From an uncultured bacterium (GTDB lineage Bacteria > Hydrogenedentota > Hydrogenedentia > Hydrogenedentales > CAILVY01): a stretch of 64,000 bases of DNA. The stretch lies in contig CALEDJ010000004.1 in NCBI GenBank assembly GCA_937951485.1, forward strand, positions 13,582 to 77,581, written 5' to 3'. The position numbers were made by a program, and so were the translations under genes. The stretch's first letter is position 1. Each line of letters opens with the position of its first letter. The notes under the pieces were generated by a model, which did no database searches, was not told where the DNA came from, and worked only from the letters and a program-made list of their open reading frames with translations. Positions 47,119 to 56,327 of this stretch are shown in pieces.

Positions 47119-47454
47119 TTATCCGGGGAAGTGGTACTTCGCCGAACGAAATCCTGTGCGGCGGCATGGGCCGTGCCTTTCCACGCCGGTTACGACGCGG
47201 ATACCCGCTGCGGCCAATGTCCGGAAGGCCTTGGGACCGCAGTGGCCGGTGATGACGACGGACGCGCCCAGCCGCGATGCGTTTTCGGCGGCCTGAATCC
47301 CCGCGCCCTGCGCCGCATCCCGGTGCCGTGCGTTGTCATGCGTCTGAAATGCGCCTGTGTCGGTGTCAAACGCGATGAAGTATTTGGCGCGTCCGAATCG
47401 CGGGTCCGTCTTTTTGTCGAAAGACGGACCCGATGCGCTTATCGCGATACTCAT
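47119..47454 (-). CDS. NifB/NifX family Fe-Mo cluster-binding domain protein, C-terminus possibly scrambled by indels
   Basis: IAISA.G......DPRFGRAKYF, GAGIQAA, VITGHCGPKAF..L.AAGI; SD GGAGG. Confidence 0.8.
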   Translation of the reverse strand: MSIAISASGPSFDKKTDPRFGRAKYFIAFDTDTGAFQTHDNARHRDAAQGAGIQAAENASRLGASVVITGHCGPKAFRTLAAAGIRVVTGVERHGPCRRTGFRSAKYHFPG

Positions 47455-47478
47455 GCTTTCCTCCGATGGAAGTTGATG

Positions 47479-47796
47479 CTATTTCCCGGATGTCGCGCCG
47501 CGGATCGCGTCCAGCCGCGCTTTGATTGCGTCGAGTTGGGCCTGAAGTTGCGTCGCCTGGTTTTCCAGGATGCGTTGTTCGGCCTCGGGCGCAGCCGCAA
47601 GGGGCGTCCCGCCCCGGCGTATCCAGCCCGGCACGCCTGTCGCCCTAAAACAATTCCGGCGACCCCGGCCACGGCCGAAAAAGCCCATCCCCGGTGCGGG
47701 GTTGGCGCATCCCGCTGTGGCATATCCTGCGCAGAAGCCCAAGCCGCGGTCGGTTCTCGGTATTCCCATGGGTCTTGTTCCATTGCCTCTTGGCAT
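47479..47796 (-). CDS. DUF5320 family protein (degenerate)
   Basis: MPRGNGT.PMG, GRG.GFCAGY...G..NP, GRGRGRRN.F.ATG.PGW.R, C-terminal coiled coil. Confidence 0.75.
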   Translation of the reverse strand: MPRGNGTRPMGIPRTDRGLGFCAGYATAGCANPAPGMGFFGRGRGRRNCFRATGVPGWIRRGGTPLAAAPEAEQRILENQATQLQAQLDAIKARLDAIRGATSGK

Positions 47797-48101
47797 GAAT
47801 TTCCTCGCTTTCTTGAGCAGGTCACCCTGATTTCTACAGCGCGCCTTTTTTTCCTGCGCAGTCCTTTCGGCCTGCATCGTCTGGCTTAGTGTTGTCCTCT
47901 GCCCTGCCCGCGACCTTTCGCACCGCCCCCGCAGCCACGTCCGCCGCGCTCCCGCCTCACCCGCCGCAATGTCGCTTATTGTCACAGCCTGGCCGCTTCC
48001 GGGATGGGGTTCAAGCGGCGCGCCATATAGAAATGCTGTGACTTTTTTTGCATTCATAGCCAAATATATCATCTATGGATGTCTTGTTTTCGATAAAAAC
48101 T

Positions 48102-48197
48102 GTCGGACAGATCAGACATATAGGACGGATCGGACCCGTCGGAGGGGTTGGACAAGACAGAGGGGTTGGACAAGGCGGAGTGGCTGGACAAGGCGGA
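48102..48197 (+). repeat. GTCGGACAGATCAGAC motif followed by 3 x 18-bp tandem repeat
   Basis: 48102-48117 is a 15/16 match to the reverse complement of the 30592-30607 array unit; GGAGGGGTTGGACAAGRC-like units x3 from 48141. Confidence 0.65.
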
Positions 48198-48479
48198 GGC
48201 TTCAGACAATTGGATCAATGCCTGTTCAGATGTCAATCACATGATGTCGTTTTGGTGGACAGATTGTAATTTTCTTGCGCGCGAGATCAATTCGCATGGG
48301 GGCGCATTCGGGAAAGCGGTGCAGGGGCAAGCGCAGGGCTGATATTACTCACGGATCTTTCACTATCAATATTTTGTGGTCGTTTGAACGATTGATACCA
48401 TATCTAGGGCATATCGAGAATCCTTCATAAGTCTTTGTCGCGTCAGGAGAAATGGCGGCAGGAGGCCGAAAAAAATAAC

Positions 48480-48524
48480 TTGACAAAGTGGGACATTGGT
48501 GGTAAGTTATGGGTAATTTAGGGT
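48480..48524 (+). promoter_or_regulatory. dcw (mraZ) promoter with MraZ-box array
   Basis: TTGACA 48480-48485, N17, TAAGTT 48503-48508; GTGGGA/GTGGTA/ATGGGT/TAGGGT at 48488/48499/48509/48519. Confidence 0.75.
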
Positions 48525-48553
48525 TAGAAATTAGTTAAATCATGGGGATTGCG

Positions 48554-49036
48554 ATGTACTACGGGGAGTCGCAAGCGTCGCTTGACGACAAAGGCCGTTT
48601 GAATGTGCCGATGCAATTTCGGTCCATCATGGATATCCATGACCATGATGTCTGGTACATGACGCGGGGTTTTGACGGGGCGATTTTTGTTTTTGAGAAG
48701 GAGAACTGGCAGCGGCTGGTACAGCAAAGCGGGGGGCATTTGCCGCTGGAACCGCGGATGCTCGATTTTCGACGCTTGTTCCTGGGCGGGGTGGCGAAAG
48801 TGAAGCGGGATAACCAGGGGCGGCTGCCGGTACCGGCGCATCTGCGCGAGTATGCGGGGATTGACCGGGAGGCGGTGGTGCTGGGGGTGGAGGATCACCT
48901 GGAGTTGTGGAGCAAGGAGGGCTGGCGGGCTTTTCAGGACCGTCAGGCGGAAAGATACAAGGCAATGGCGGCCGAACTCTTTGGGCCGGGTTTGGGCGCG
49001 GCCGCCGCAACCAAGGGAGAAGTGCAGGGTGCTTAA
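48554..49036 (+). CDS. mraZ: Division/cell wall cluster transcriptional repressor
   Basis: LDDKGRL.VP..FR, D.QGRL..P..LREYAGI, VVLGV.DHLELW. Confidence 0.95.
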   Translation: MYYGESQASLDDKGRLNVPMQFRSIMDIHDHDVWYMTRGFDGAIFVFEKENWQRLVQQSGGHLPLEPRMLDFRRLFLGGVAKVKRDNQGRLPVPAHLREYAGIDREAVVLGVEDHLELWSKEGWRAFQDRQAERYKAMAAELFGPGLGAAAATKGEVQGA

Positions 49037-49376
49037 GATCGATCGCTTGGAGTCCGGCGCGGTAACGGTGCTGCGCCTCGAAGGGGACATTGACGAGGAC
49101 GGAATGAATCAGTTGCGGCTGGCGCTGACGTACTGCCTTCAGGACCAGCGCTGCCGGCTGGTGGTGAACCTCGAATCAGTCAACTTCGTAAGTTACATGG
49201 GGCTGGGGGTGCTGGTGGAGCGGCTGCGCCAGGCGCGTGCGTGCAACGGTGACCTCAAGTTGACGGGTATCAACGTTTATACTGATCGCCTGTTCCGGAT
49301 GGCGGGGGTCAGCAAGGTCTTCGAAATCTACAAGACCGAGAACCAGGCCATCCAGACCTACCGCGAAGCGGCCTGA
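49029..49376 (+). CDS. STAS domain protein (anti-sigma antagonist-like)
   Basis: GTG start overlapping the mraZ stop by 8 nt; LRLEGDID, LVVNLESVNFVSYMGLGVLV, GDLKL, F.IY.TE..A. Confidence 0.85.
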   Translation: MLKIDRLESGAVTVLRLEGDIDEDGMNQLRLALTYCLQDQRCRLVVNLESVNFVSYMGLGVLVERLRQARACNGDLKLTGINVYTDRLFRMAGVSKVFEIYKTENQAIQTYREAA

Positions 49377-49423
49377 TCCGGCCATTTCTCAGCGGGCCGC
49401 GGCGCGGCTGGCGGAGGAACGCC

Positions 49424-50365
49424 ATGGAGAACGGCGCACAGGCGCACGTGCCCGTGCTGGCAGAGACTGCGCTGGAATGGCTTGAAGTGAAGCCGGACGG
49501 CGTGTACGTGGATTGTACCGCCGGGGCGGGCGGCCACGCGGTGATGATTGCGGCGCGTCTGACCGCAGGCGGTCGCCTGCTCGCGATAGACCGCGACCCC
49601 ATGGCGGCGGAACTGGCGGCGGAACGACTGCGGGAATATGCCTGCGCCACCGTGGCGCGGGGCAATTACGGGAACTTGCAGGAAATCCTGACGGCGGCGG
49701 GGCTGGCGGCGGTGGATGGCATTCTCATCGATGCCGGACTTTCCAGCATGCAGTTGAATACGCCTTCACGGGGTTTCTCCTTTCAGGAGTCGGGACCGCT
49801 CGACATGCGCATGAACCCCGAACAGGGCGAGACCGCCGCTGCTTATCTGGCGCGCGTGACGGAGACGGAACTGACCGGGGTCCTGCGCCAATACGGCGAT
49901 GTCGGCCCGGCCCGGCGCATCGCGCGGGCGATTCTGCGCCGCCGGGCGGCGGACGCCCTCAAGAGCACGGACGATCTGGCCGACGCGGTGCGTGAAGCGC
50001 TGGAGTTTGTGCGCGGTGTCCCGGAGGAGATTCGGACGGTGTTTCAGGCGATTCGTATCGTGGTGAACGACGAATTGGGTCATCTGGAGCGCGGATTGCG
50101 CCAGGCCGTGGCCGCGCTGCGGCCCGGCGGACGCCTCGTGGTGATTTCCTTTCATTCCGGTGAAGACCGCGTGGTGAAGGGCGTGCTTCGCGAGGCATCG
50201 CGCGCCCGGCGGACGCTGCGGGAGGATGGACGAACATTGTCGGTGCGGCCGCCAGAGGTGCGCATCCTGACGCCCAGGCCGGTGCTTCCCGATGCCGACG
50301 AGATCGCGCGTAATCCACGGGCAAAGAGCGCGCGGTTGCGGGTCGCGGAACGCCTGGCGGAATAG
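49424..50365 (+). CDS. rsmH: 16S rRNA m4C1402 methyltransferase
   Basis: HVPVL, DCTAGAGGH, D.G.SSMQL, RGFSF, PLDMRM, FQAIRI.VN.EL, VISFHSGEDR.VK, NPRA.SA.LR. Confidence 0.97.
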   Translation: MENGAQAHVPVLAETALEWLEVKPDGVYVDCTAGAGGHAVMIAARLTAGGRLLAIDRDPMAAELAAERLREYACATVARGNYGNLQEILTAAGLAAVDGILIDAGLSSMQLNTPSRGFSFQESGPLDMRMNPEQGETAAAYLARVTETELTGVLRQYGDVGPARRIARAILRRRAADALKSTDDLADAVREALEFVRGVPEEIRTVFQAIRIVVNDELGHLERGLRQAVAALRPGGRLVVISFHSGEDRVVKGVLREASRARRTLREDGRTLSVRPPEVRILTPRPVLPDADEIARNPRAKSARLRVAERLAE

Positions 50366-50377
50366 GGAGAAGAGGTC

Positions 50378-51169
50378 ATGCACAAAATCAATCGTCGGGA
50401 ACAGCGGCGCGCATTGTATGGGTGGGTTCCATACGCGCCGCTTGTCGCCGTGGTGTTTGGTGTCCTGTTTTGCGACGCATGGCTCAACATCCAGACGCGC
50501 CGGACGGATTATGAGTTGGGACGGCTGAACCGGCGGATGCGGGAATTGCGGGCGGAATTGGATGCGCTGCGCGGGGAGCAGGCCGAACGCGAAGGCATCG
50601 GCCTGCTGGGGGACAAAGCGGCAGCGCTGGGGCTTGTGGAACCGGAACCCCGGCAGGTTATGCGCATAACCTATGATAAGCGCAGTGTCGTTCCACGCGA
50701 ACAGGCGCCGATGACCATCGCGCACCTGAATGCATCGGAAGACCGGCGGGATGCTGGACGCCAGGATCATCGGACTGCCACGATTCTACTTGATGCGCCG
50801 AAAATCTCTTCTCCCCATTCGGATGCGGCAGTCCAGGAGACGGCTGCGCCTGCGTTTCGTTTAACGCGCGCTCCGATGTCTCTGAGTCAGCGGGAATGCC
50901 TCAGCCCGGAGGGCGAATCACTCTTGCCGGACGTCATGGCCGCAATCAATCAGGCAAGGGCGGAGGTCCGGCCGGAACCTCCTATTCCCCCTGATGCGTC
51001 GCTTGATGTATTGGGCGTGGCGTTATCCCGCGAATCTATGGCGCAAAGCCCGCCGACGAATCCGCCTCATCATGACAGCCCGGCGGAAGACATCGTGCTG
51101 GCACCGCTGTTGGCGGATTTGGATCAGGAACTGAAAAAGGAATGGAAACTGTTAAACGCTTCGCTGTGA
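50378..51169 (+). CDS. ftsL: FtsL-like cell division protein with long C-terminal extension
   Basis: Position between rsmH and ftsI; TM, coiled coil, A..LGL.EP motif; ~170-aa Pro/Ala-rich tail. Confidence 0.7.
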   Translation: MHKINRREQRRALYGWVPYAPLVAVVFGVLFCDAWLNIQTRRTDYELGRLNRRMRELRAELDALRGEQAEREGIGLLGDKAAALGLVEPEPRQVMRITYDKRSVVPREQAPMTIAHLNASEDRRDAGRQDHRTATILLDAPKISSPHSDAAVQETAAPAFRLTRAPMSLSQRECLSPEGESLLPDVMAAINQARAEVRPEPPIPPDASLDVLGVALSRESMAQSPPTNPPHHDSPAEDIVLAPLLADLDQELKKEWKLLNASL

Positions 51170-51235
51170 TCAGGCGCATCACGCGCCGCAACCGGCGTCG
51201 AGGGTAAAGATGCAACAGCGTCACATAAGGGGTGG

Positions 51236-53458
51236 ATGGTGAAACGGGACAGACGCGGCGCGGCGGCGGCTGAACGCTACGGCGGCGCGCCGGAAAAAGA
51301 AATGCGCAAGCGGATGCGGATATTGCTTGTCGGCTTCCTGGTGGTATTCTCCATTGTCGCGGCGCGTTTGTGTCAACTGCATTTGAATCCCCGCCTGGAA
51401 TTGACCGCCGAGGAACAATTCCACATCGGCCAGGTGGAATTGCGCGAACCGCGCGGCGAAATCTTTGATCGCAACGGCCTCCTGCTGGCGACGGACCGCC
51501 TTGCCCCCTCGCTGTGGGCAGACCCCCGCAAGGTGTCGGACCCGCACCGCCTGGCGGCGCTGATTCGGGAACGGATCGGCGCCGTCCCTGAGGATTTGGA
51601 AGAACGTCTGGGCAAATGCGACGCATCGGGCAATCCGCGGAAATTTGTCTGGGTCAAACGGTGGATCAGTGATGTGCCCGAATCGGTGTTTACCTCACTG
51701 GTGGAGGACAGCCACGGCGCGCTGGCCATTCAGCACGAGCCGGTGCGATATTACCCTCATCGCGACACTGCGGCGCATCTGCTGGGCTTTGTGAACCGCT
51801 CCGGCGAAGCCTCCGAAGGATTGGAACTGCTCTTTGACAATCACCTGCGGAGTGTGCCGGGACGCTACACCGCCCGCAAGGATGTGAACCGGCGGCTCCT
51901 GGATTCGCTCACCCTCGAATACACGCCGCCGAAGGGGGGCGACGCCGTGCAGTTGACGCTGGATACGGAAATCCAGCATGCCCTGGAGCGCGCGCTCGAC
52001 GCGCGTATCGAAGAGACCAGGGCGTCTCGCGGGATGGGCCTCATTATGAATCCGTATTCCGGGGCCATTCTGGCGCTTGCGACCCGGCCCGCCTTCGACC
52101 CCAACCAATACGACCAGTTTCCGGCGGAATTGCGCAAGAACAGCGCATTAATAGACGTGTTCGAGCCGGGTTCGGCGTTCAAGATTGTGGCGGCGGCCGC
52201 GGCGCTGGAACATCGCCTCATCACGACGGACACGTTGATTGACTGTGAGAACGGATCATTCAATCCCTACGGCCACCGTATCCGTGATGTGAAAAAGATG
52301 GGCGTGGTGCCTTTTTCCCGCGCCTTCGAGCAATCCAGCAACATCGCCATCATCAAAGTCGGGGCGATGCTGGGTCCGGAGCGCATGGAGGAATGGATAG
52401 TTCGCTTCGGTTTCGGCGCGCGCACGTGTCCGGATTTTCAGGTGGAAAGCGCCGGGATTTTCCGCCCGCGCAGGCAGTGGTCACGGCTGACCATGGGGTC
52501 TTTGCCGATGGGCCAGGAACTCGCTGTGACCATGCCGCAACTCGCCCGCGCGTTTGCGGTTATCGCCAATGGCGGCTATCTGGTGGAACCGTATTTCGTC
52601 GAGCGCGCCGTATCTCGCACGGGCGAGATCACCTATCAGCGGCGGCCCCCGGCGCGCCAGCGTATTCTCTCGCCGGAGACCGTGGACACCATGCGTGATC
52701 TGTGCCATCAGGTCGTGGCGCACGGTACGGGGCGGCATGCCGCCATTCCGGAATATCGGGCCGGCGGCAAGACCGGCACGGCACAGATGGCGCGCAAGGA
52801 CGGCCGGGGCTATGACCCGGACCGGGTGACGGCGATCTTCGCGGGCTTTGCGCCTGTGATGAATCCCCAAATTGTAGCGGTCTTCGTAATCCAGGAGCCG
52901 ATGGTGCGCCCGCATTACGGCGGCGTCATCTGCGGGCCTCTGTTCAAGAGCGTTGTGCGTGACGCGCTGATCCGCCTGCATGTGCCGGAGGATCCCATGG
53001 AAAAGGCTCCCGTCAAGAAGGACGGGAAGAAGTCCGGCCTGACAATGGCGTCCTCCAGCACCCCGCATGGCGCTCCGAACGACACGGGAGCACATGCAAA
53101 CGATGTGATCTGGGAAGACGCGGATACAGTGGCGGAAAGGGCGGAACTGGAAGCGTTCGCCCAGTCGCTTGACGCCATGATGCAGCCTTTGGACACGCTG
53201 CGTCTGGTTGCAGCGCCCGCAGATGCAACCAATTTCTCCAGCGCGGTATTACCCGATTTTACCGGGATGACCAAGCGCGAGGCGCTGGATGCGCTGCGGC
53301 GGCTCGGTGTCGCGTGGGACCAACAAGGCAGCGGTTGGGTGGTTGCCCAAGACCCGCCGCCGGGAACCCCGGTACCTGAAGTGGCCTATTGCGCGCTTGA
53401 ATTCTCAAACGTTCGGACGGAAATCCTTGAGAAAGATGACAAGAAAAGAACTTCTTGA
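51236..53458 (+). CDS. ftsI: Class B penicillin-binding protein with PASTA domain
   Basis: RGEIFDRNG, EPGSAFK (SxxK), SSN, KTGT, terminal PASTA-like PDFTG....EA. Confidence 0.93.
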   Translation: MVKRDRRGAAAAERYGGAPEKEMRKRMRILLVGFLVVFSIVAARLCQLHLNPRLELTAEEQFHIGQVELREPRGEIFDRNGLLLATDRLAPSLWADPRKVSDPHRLAALIRERIGAVPEDLEERLGKCDASGNPRKFVWVKRWISDVPESVFTSLVEDSHGALAIQHEPVRYYPHRDTAAHLLGFVNRSGEASEGLELLFDNHLRSVPGRYTARKDVNRRLLDSLTLEYTPPKGGDAVQLTLDTEIQHALERALDARIEETRASRGMGLIMNPYSGAILALATRPAFDPNQYDQFPAELRKNSALIDVFEPGSAFKIVAAAAALEHRLITTDTLIDCENGSFNPYGHRIRDVKKMGVVPFSRAFEQSSNIAIIKVGAMLGPERMEEWIVRFGFGARTCPDFQVESAGIFRPRRQWSRLTMGSLPMGQELAVTMPQLARAFAVIANGGYLVEPYFVERAVSRTGEITYQRRPPARQRILSPETVDTMRDLCHQVVAHGTGRHAAIPEYRAGGKTGTAQMARKDGRGYDPDRVTAIFAGFAPVMNPQIVAVFVIQEPMVRPHYGGVICGPLFKSVVRDALIRLHVPEDPMEKAPVKKDGKKSGLTMASSSTPHGAPNDTGAHANDVIWEDADTVAERAELEAFAQSLDAMMQPLDTLRLVAAPADATNFSSAVLPDFTGMTKREALDALRRLGVAWDQQGSGWVVAQDPPPGTPVPEVAYCALEFSNVRTEILEKDDKKRTS

Positions 53459-54902
53459 TCTGATTGGATGCCCCCAGGATGGCGGCCGGGAGTTTACAAT
53501 CACCGCTGTGACAGAGGACTCCCGGCGTGTGTGCCGGGGCGCGCTTTTTGTGGCTGTACGCGGGGCGCATGCGGATGGGCACGACCATGCCGAAAAAGCG
53601 GTCAAAGCGGGCGCAACCGCAATTCTCGGCGACCGGGAGGGCATAAAGGAACTACATGGGGTCCCTTATGTTCGTTTTGCAACGCCGCGCCGCGCGGCGG
53701 GCATTATCGCGCATGCGCTGTCGGGAAACCCCACGCGTGACATGACAGTCATCGGGATCACAGGCACGAACGGCAAGTCGAGCACCGCGTATCTGACCCA
53801 GGCGGTGCTTCAGCAGGCAGGGCATCCCACGGCGAATTTCGGCACCCTGGGCTATGAGATCGCCGGCGCGATGCACAACGCGCCCCATACCACGCCGTTC
53901 GGCGAGGAACTCGCCTTGCTTTTCATGCAGGCGCGCGACGCCGGGCATACCCATGTGGTCATGGAGGTCAGTTCGCACGCATTGGACCAGGACCGCGTGG
54001 CGGGCATTCACTTCACGGCGGGCGCATTCACCAATCTCAGCCAGGATCATCTGGATTATCACCAGGACATGGAACACTACCTTCGTGCGAAACTCAGGTT
54101 TTTTGAACTTGTCGAAGGCGCGGGTTGTTTCACCGTGGTGAACGCGGATGATCCGGTTGCGCCTCATTTTGTTGACGCCTCACGGGGAAGGTGCATCACT
54201 TTCGGGAATGCGGGGGACTGCCGCGCCGCGCACATCCGACCGGAAGTCGCCTCCACGCGCTTCACGTTGCACACGCCCTGGGGCAGCACTCCCGTAACAC
54301 TGCGGCTGGCAGGCCGCCACAATGTGTGGAACGCGCTGTGCGCCGCGGCGATCACGGGCGGGCTGGGCATCCCTCTGGATGCCATCGCAGAGGGACTGGG
54401 CGCCCTGACGCGCGTGCCCGGACGTTTTGAGGCGGTGGACGCCGGGCAGGATTTTCACGTCATCGTGGATTACGCACACACGGAAGACGGTCTGCGCAAT
54501 GTGCTGGAGGCGGCGCGCGCACTTTGCCGGGGCCGCATCATCACCGTATTTGGCTGTGGCGGCGACCGCGACAAAGGCAAACGCCCCAAGATGGGCGCGA
54601 CGGCTGCGCGTCTCTCGGATTTCTGCGTGGTCACCAGCGACAACCCACGCACGGAAGACCCGCATCGCATCCTGCTTGACATTGAAGTCGGCCTGCAGCG
54701 GGAAGGCAAGCGCAAGAACGAGGACTATCTGGTGATTGAAAGCCGGGAAGAGGCCATTCGCGCGGCCATTGGCATGGCGCGTGCGGGTGACCTGGTGATG
54801 ATCGCGGGCAAAGGCCATGAAACCTATCAGATCGCAGGAGACCAGCGGATTCCCTTCGATGACCGGGAAGCGGCGCGCGCAATTCTGACGGAACGGCGGT
54901 GA
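53436..54902 (+). CDS. murE: UDP-MurNAc-dipeptide--amino acid ligase
   Basis: GITGTNGKSS, HTTP, MEVSSH, FTNLSQDHLD, VDYAH, FGCGGDRD, DNPR (meso-DAP-type motif), AGKGHE. Confidence 0.97.
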   Translation: MTRKELLDLIGCPQDGGREFTITAVTEDSRRVCRGALFVAVRGAHADGHDHAEKAVKAGATAILGDREGIKELHGVPYVRFATPRRAAGIIAHALSGNPTRDMTVIGITGTNGKSSTAYLTQAVLQQAGHPTANFGTLGYEIAGAMHNAPHTTPFGEELALLFMQARDAGHTHVVMEVSSHALDQDRVAGIHFTAGAFTNLSQDHLDYHQDMEHYLRAKLRFFELVEGAGCFTVVNADDPVAPHFVDASRGRCITFGNAGDCRAAHIRPEVASTRFTLHTPWGSTPVTLRLAGRHNVWNALCAAAITGGLGIPLDAIAEGLGALTRVPGRFEAVDAGQDFHVIVDYAHTEDGLRNVLEAARALCRGRIITVFGCGGDRDKGKRPKMGATAARLSDFCVVTSDNPRTEDPHRILLDIEVGLQREGKRKNEDYLVIESREEAIRAAIGMARAGDLVMIAGKGHETYQIAGDQRIPFDDREAARAILTERR

Positions 54903-56266
54903 GCATGGGATGGCGCTGCACATTGCGGGAACTGGCGGACGCCATCGGCGCGGAATTCCCTGACTGTGCGGATCCGGAGACAGCGTTCAGCGGCGTGTCC
55001 ACCGACACGCGGACCCTGCGTCCAGGCGAGGTTTTCTTTGCGTTGCGCGGAGATCGCTTCGACGGCAACCGTTTCGTGGACGAGGCGATCCAGAAAGGCG
55101 CGGCGGCGGCGGTCTGCATGGAAAGGGGCGGATCGGGGCCGCGCCTGCTTGTGGATGATGCGTTGGGGGCATTGCAGCGTTTCGCTGCCTGGCATCGGGC
55201 GCAGTGGCATATCCCGGTCATCGCCATCACGGGTTCCTGCGGCAAGACTACGACCAAGGACTTGATCGCGGCCTTGCTGTCCTCAAAATATGCCGTGGTG
55301 AAAACCGAAGGCAACCTGAACAACGAGATTGGCTGTCCGCTTTCCCTGTTGCGCCTGGATGATCACGCGCAGGCGGCCGTGATTGAGATGGGCGCCAATC
55401 ATATGGGGGAGATCGCGTCGCTGTGCCGCATCGCGCGGCCCACGGAATCGGCAGTGACGATGGTGGCGCCCGCCCACTTGGAGGGCTTTGGGAGTATCGA
55501 GGGCGTGGCCCGCGCCAAGGGCGAAATCGCCGAAGGGCTTCCGGCCGATGGATGCTTTTACGTCAATGCCGATGATCCCTGGTGCCGATGGATCGGCGAC
55601 CGGTTCCCCGGCGAGAAGGTTTTTTTCGGGCGCGCCGGCGATGTCGTGTTGAAACGTTGTGCGCCGGACGCTTCCGGTGAGATGGTACTGGATGTGGCGC
55701 CGGTGGGCGCGTTGCGGTTGCCGTTGCCCGCACCGACCCATGCGGCCAATGCACTGTTGGCAATTGCCGTGGGATTGCGACACGGCATTGCGGAATTTGA
55801 AGGGCCGTTGCGCGAGGCGTGCCGCGCATCGGTGCGTTTCCGCACGCTGCGCGTGGGACCGTTGCAGGTTCTTGACGACAGTTATAACGCCAATCCGGCC
55901 AGCATGGCGGCGGCGCTCGAGGCGCTGGCGTTGCGGGCGCGTGGCGGCAGGCGCATTGCGGCGCTCGGCGCGATGCTGGAATTGGGCGGGGAAGCCGCCT
56001 TGTGGCACCGACAGGTCGGCGAGACCGCCGCGCGCCAAGGGGTGACGCATCTCTTTGCACGGGGGCCGAACGCCCGTGATATGATTGAAGGCGCGCGCGC
56101 CGCCGGCGTTCCCCATGCGGAATGCATCGAAGAACACGACGCCATCGCCCGGGTTGTGCGCGAACTTGCGGAACCGGGTGATTCCCTTCTGGTCAAAGGG
56201 TCGCGCGGCATGCGCATGGAGCGCGTCATCGAGTGTCTGCGCGCCCTTTACGGAGAATCAACATGA
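54899..56266 (+). CDS. murF: UDP-MurNAc-tripeptide--D-Ala-D-Ala ligase
   Basis: AITGSCGKTTTK, GNLNNEIG, EMGANH.GEI, DDSYNANP.SM, G.MLELG, KGSRGM. Confidence 0.96.
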   Translation: MSMGWRCTLRELADAIGAEFPDCADPETAFSGVSTDTRTLRPGEVFFALRGDRFDGNRFVDEAIQKGAAAAVCMERGGSGPRLLVDDALGALQRFAAWHRAQWHIPVIAITGSCGKTTTKDLIAALLSSKYAVVKTEGNLNNEIGCPLSLLRLDDHAQAAVIEMGANHMGEIASLCRIARPTESAVTMVAPAHLEGFGSIEGVARAKGEIAEGLPADGCFYVNADDPWCRWIGDRFPGEKVFFGRAGDVVLKRCAPDASGEMVLDVAPVGALRLPLPAPTHAANALLAIAVGLRHGIAEFEGPLREACRASVRFRTLRVGPLQVLDDSYNANPASMAAALEALALRARGGRRIAALGAMLELGGEAALWHRQVGETAARQGVTHLFARGPNARDMIEGARAAGVPHAECIEEHDAIARVVRELAEPGDSLLVKGSRGMRMERVIECLRALYGEST

Positions 56267-56327
56267 CGCGGCGGCATTATTACATCCTTCGCAGAAGCCA
56301 TGCGGCGCGCCGTCGAAAGGACAATCC

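Noticed and set aside
47969-48342. Short ORFs with DKTEGLDKAE-type repeats
   Set aside because: Translations of the 18-bp non-coding tandem repeat; no clear SD or homology.
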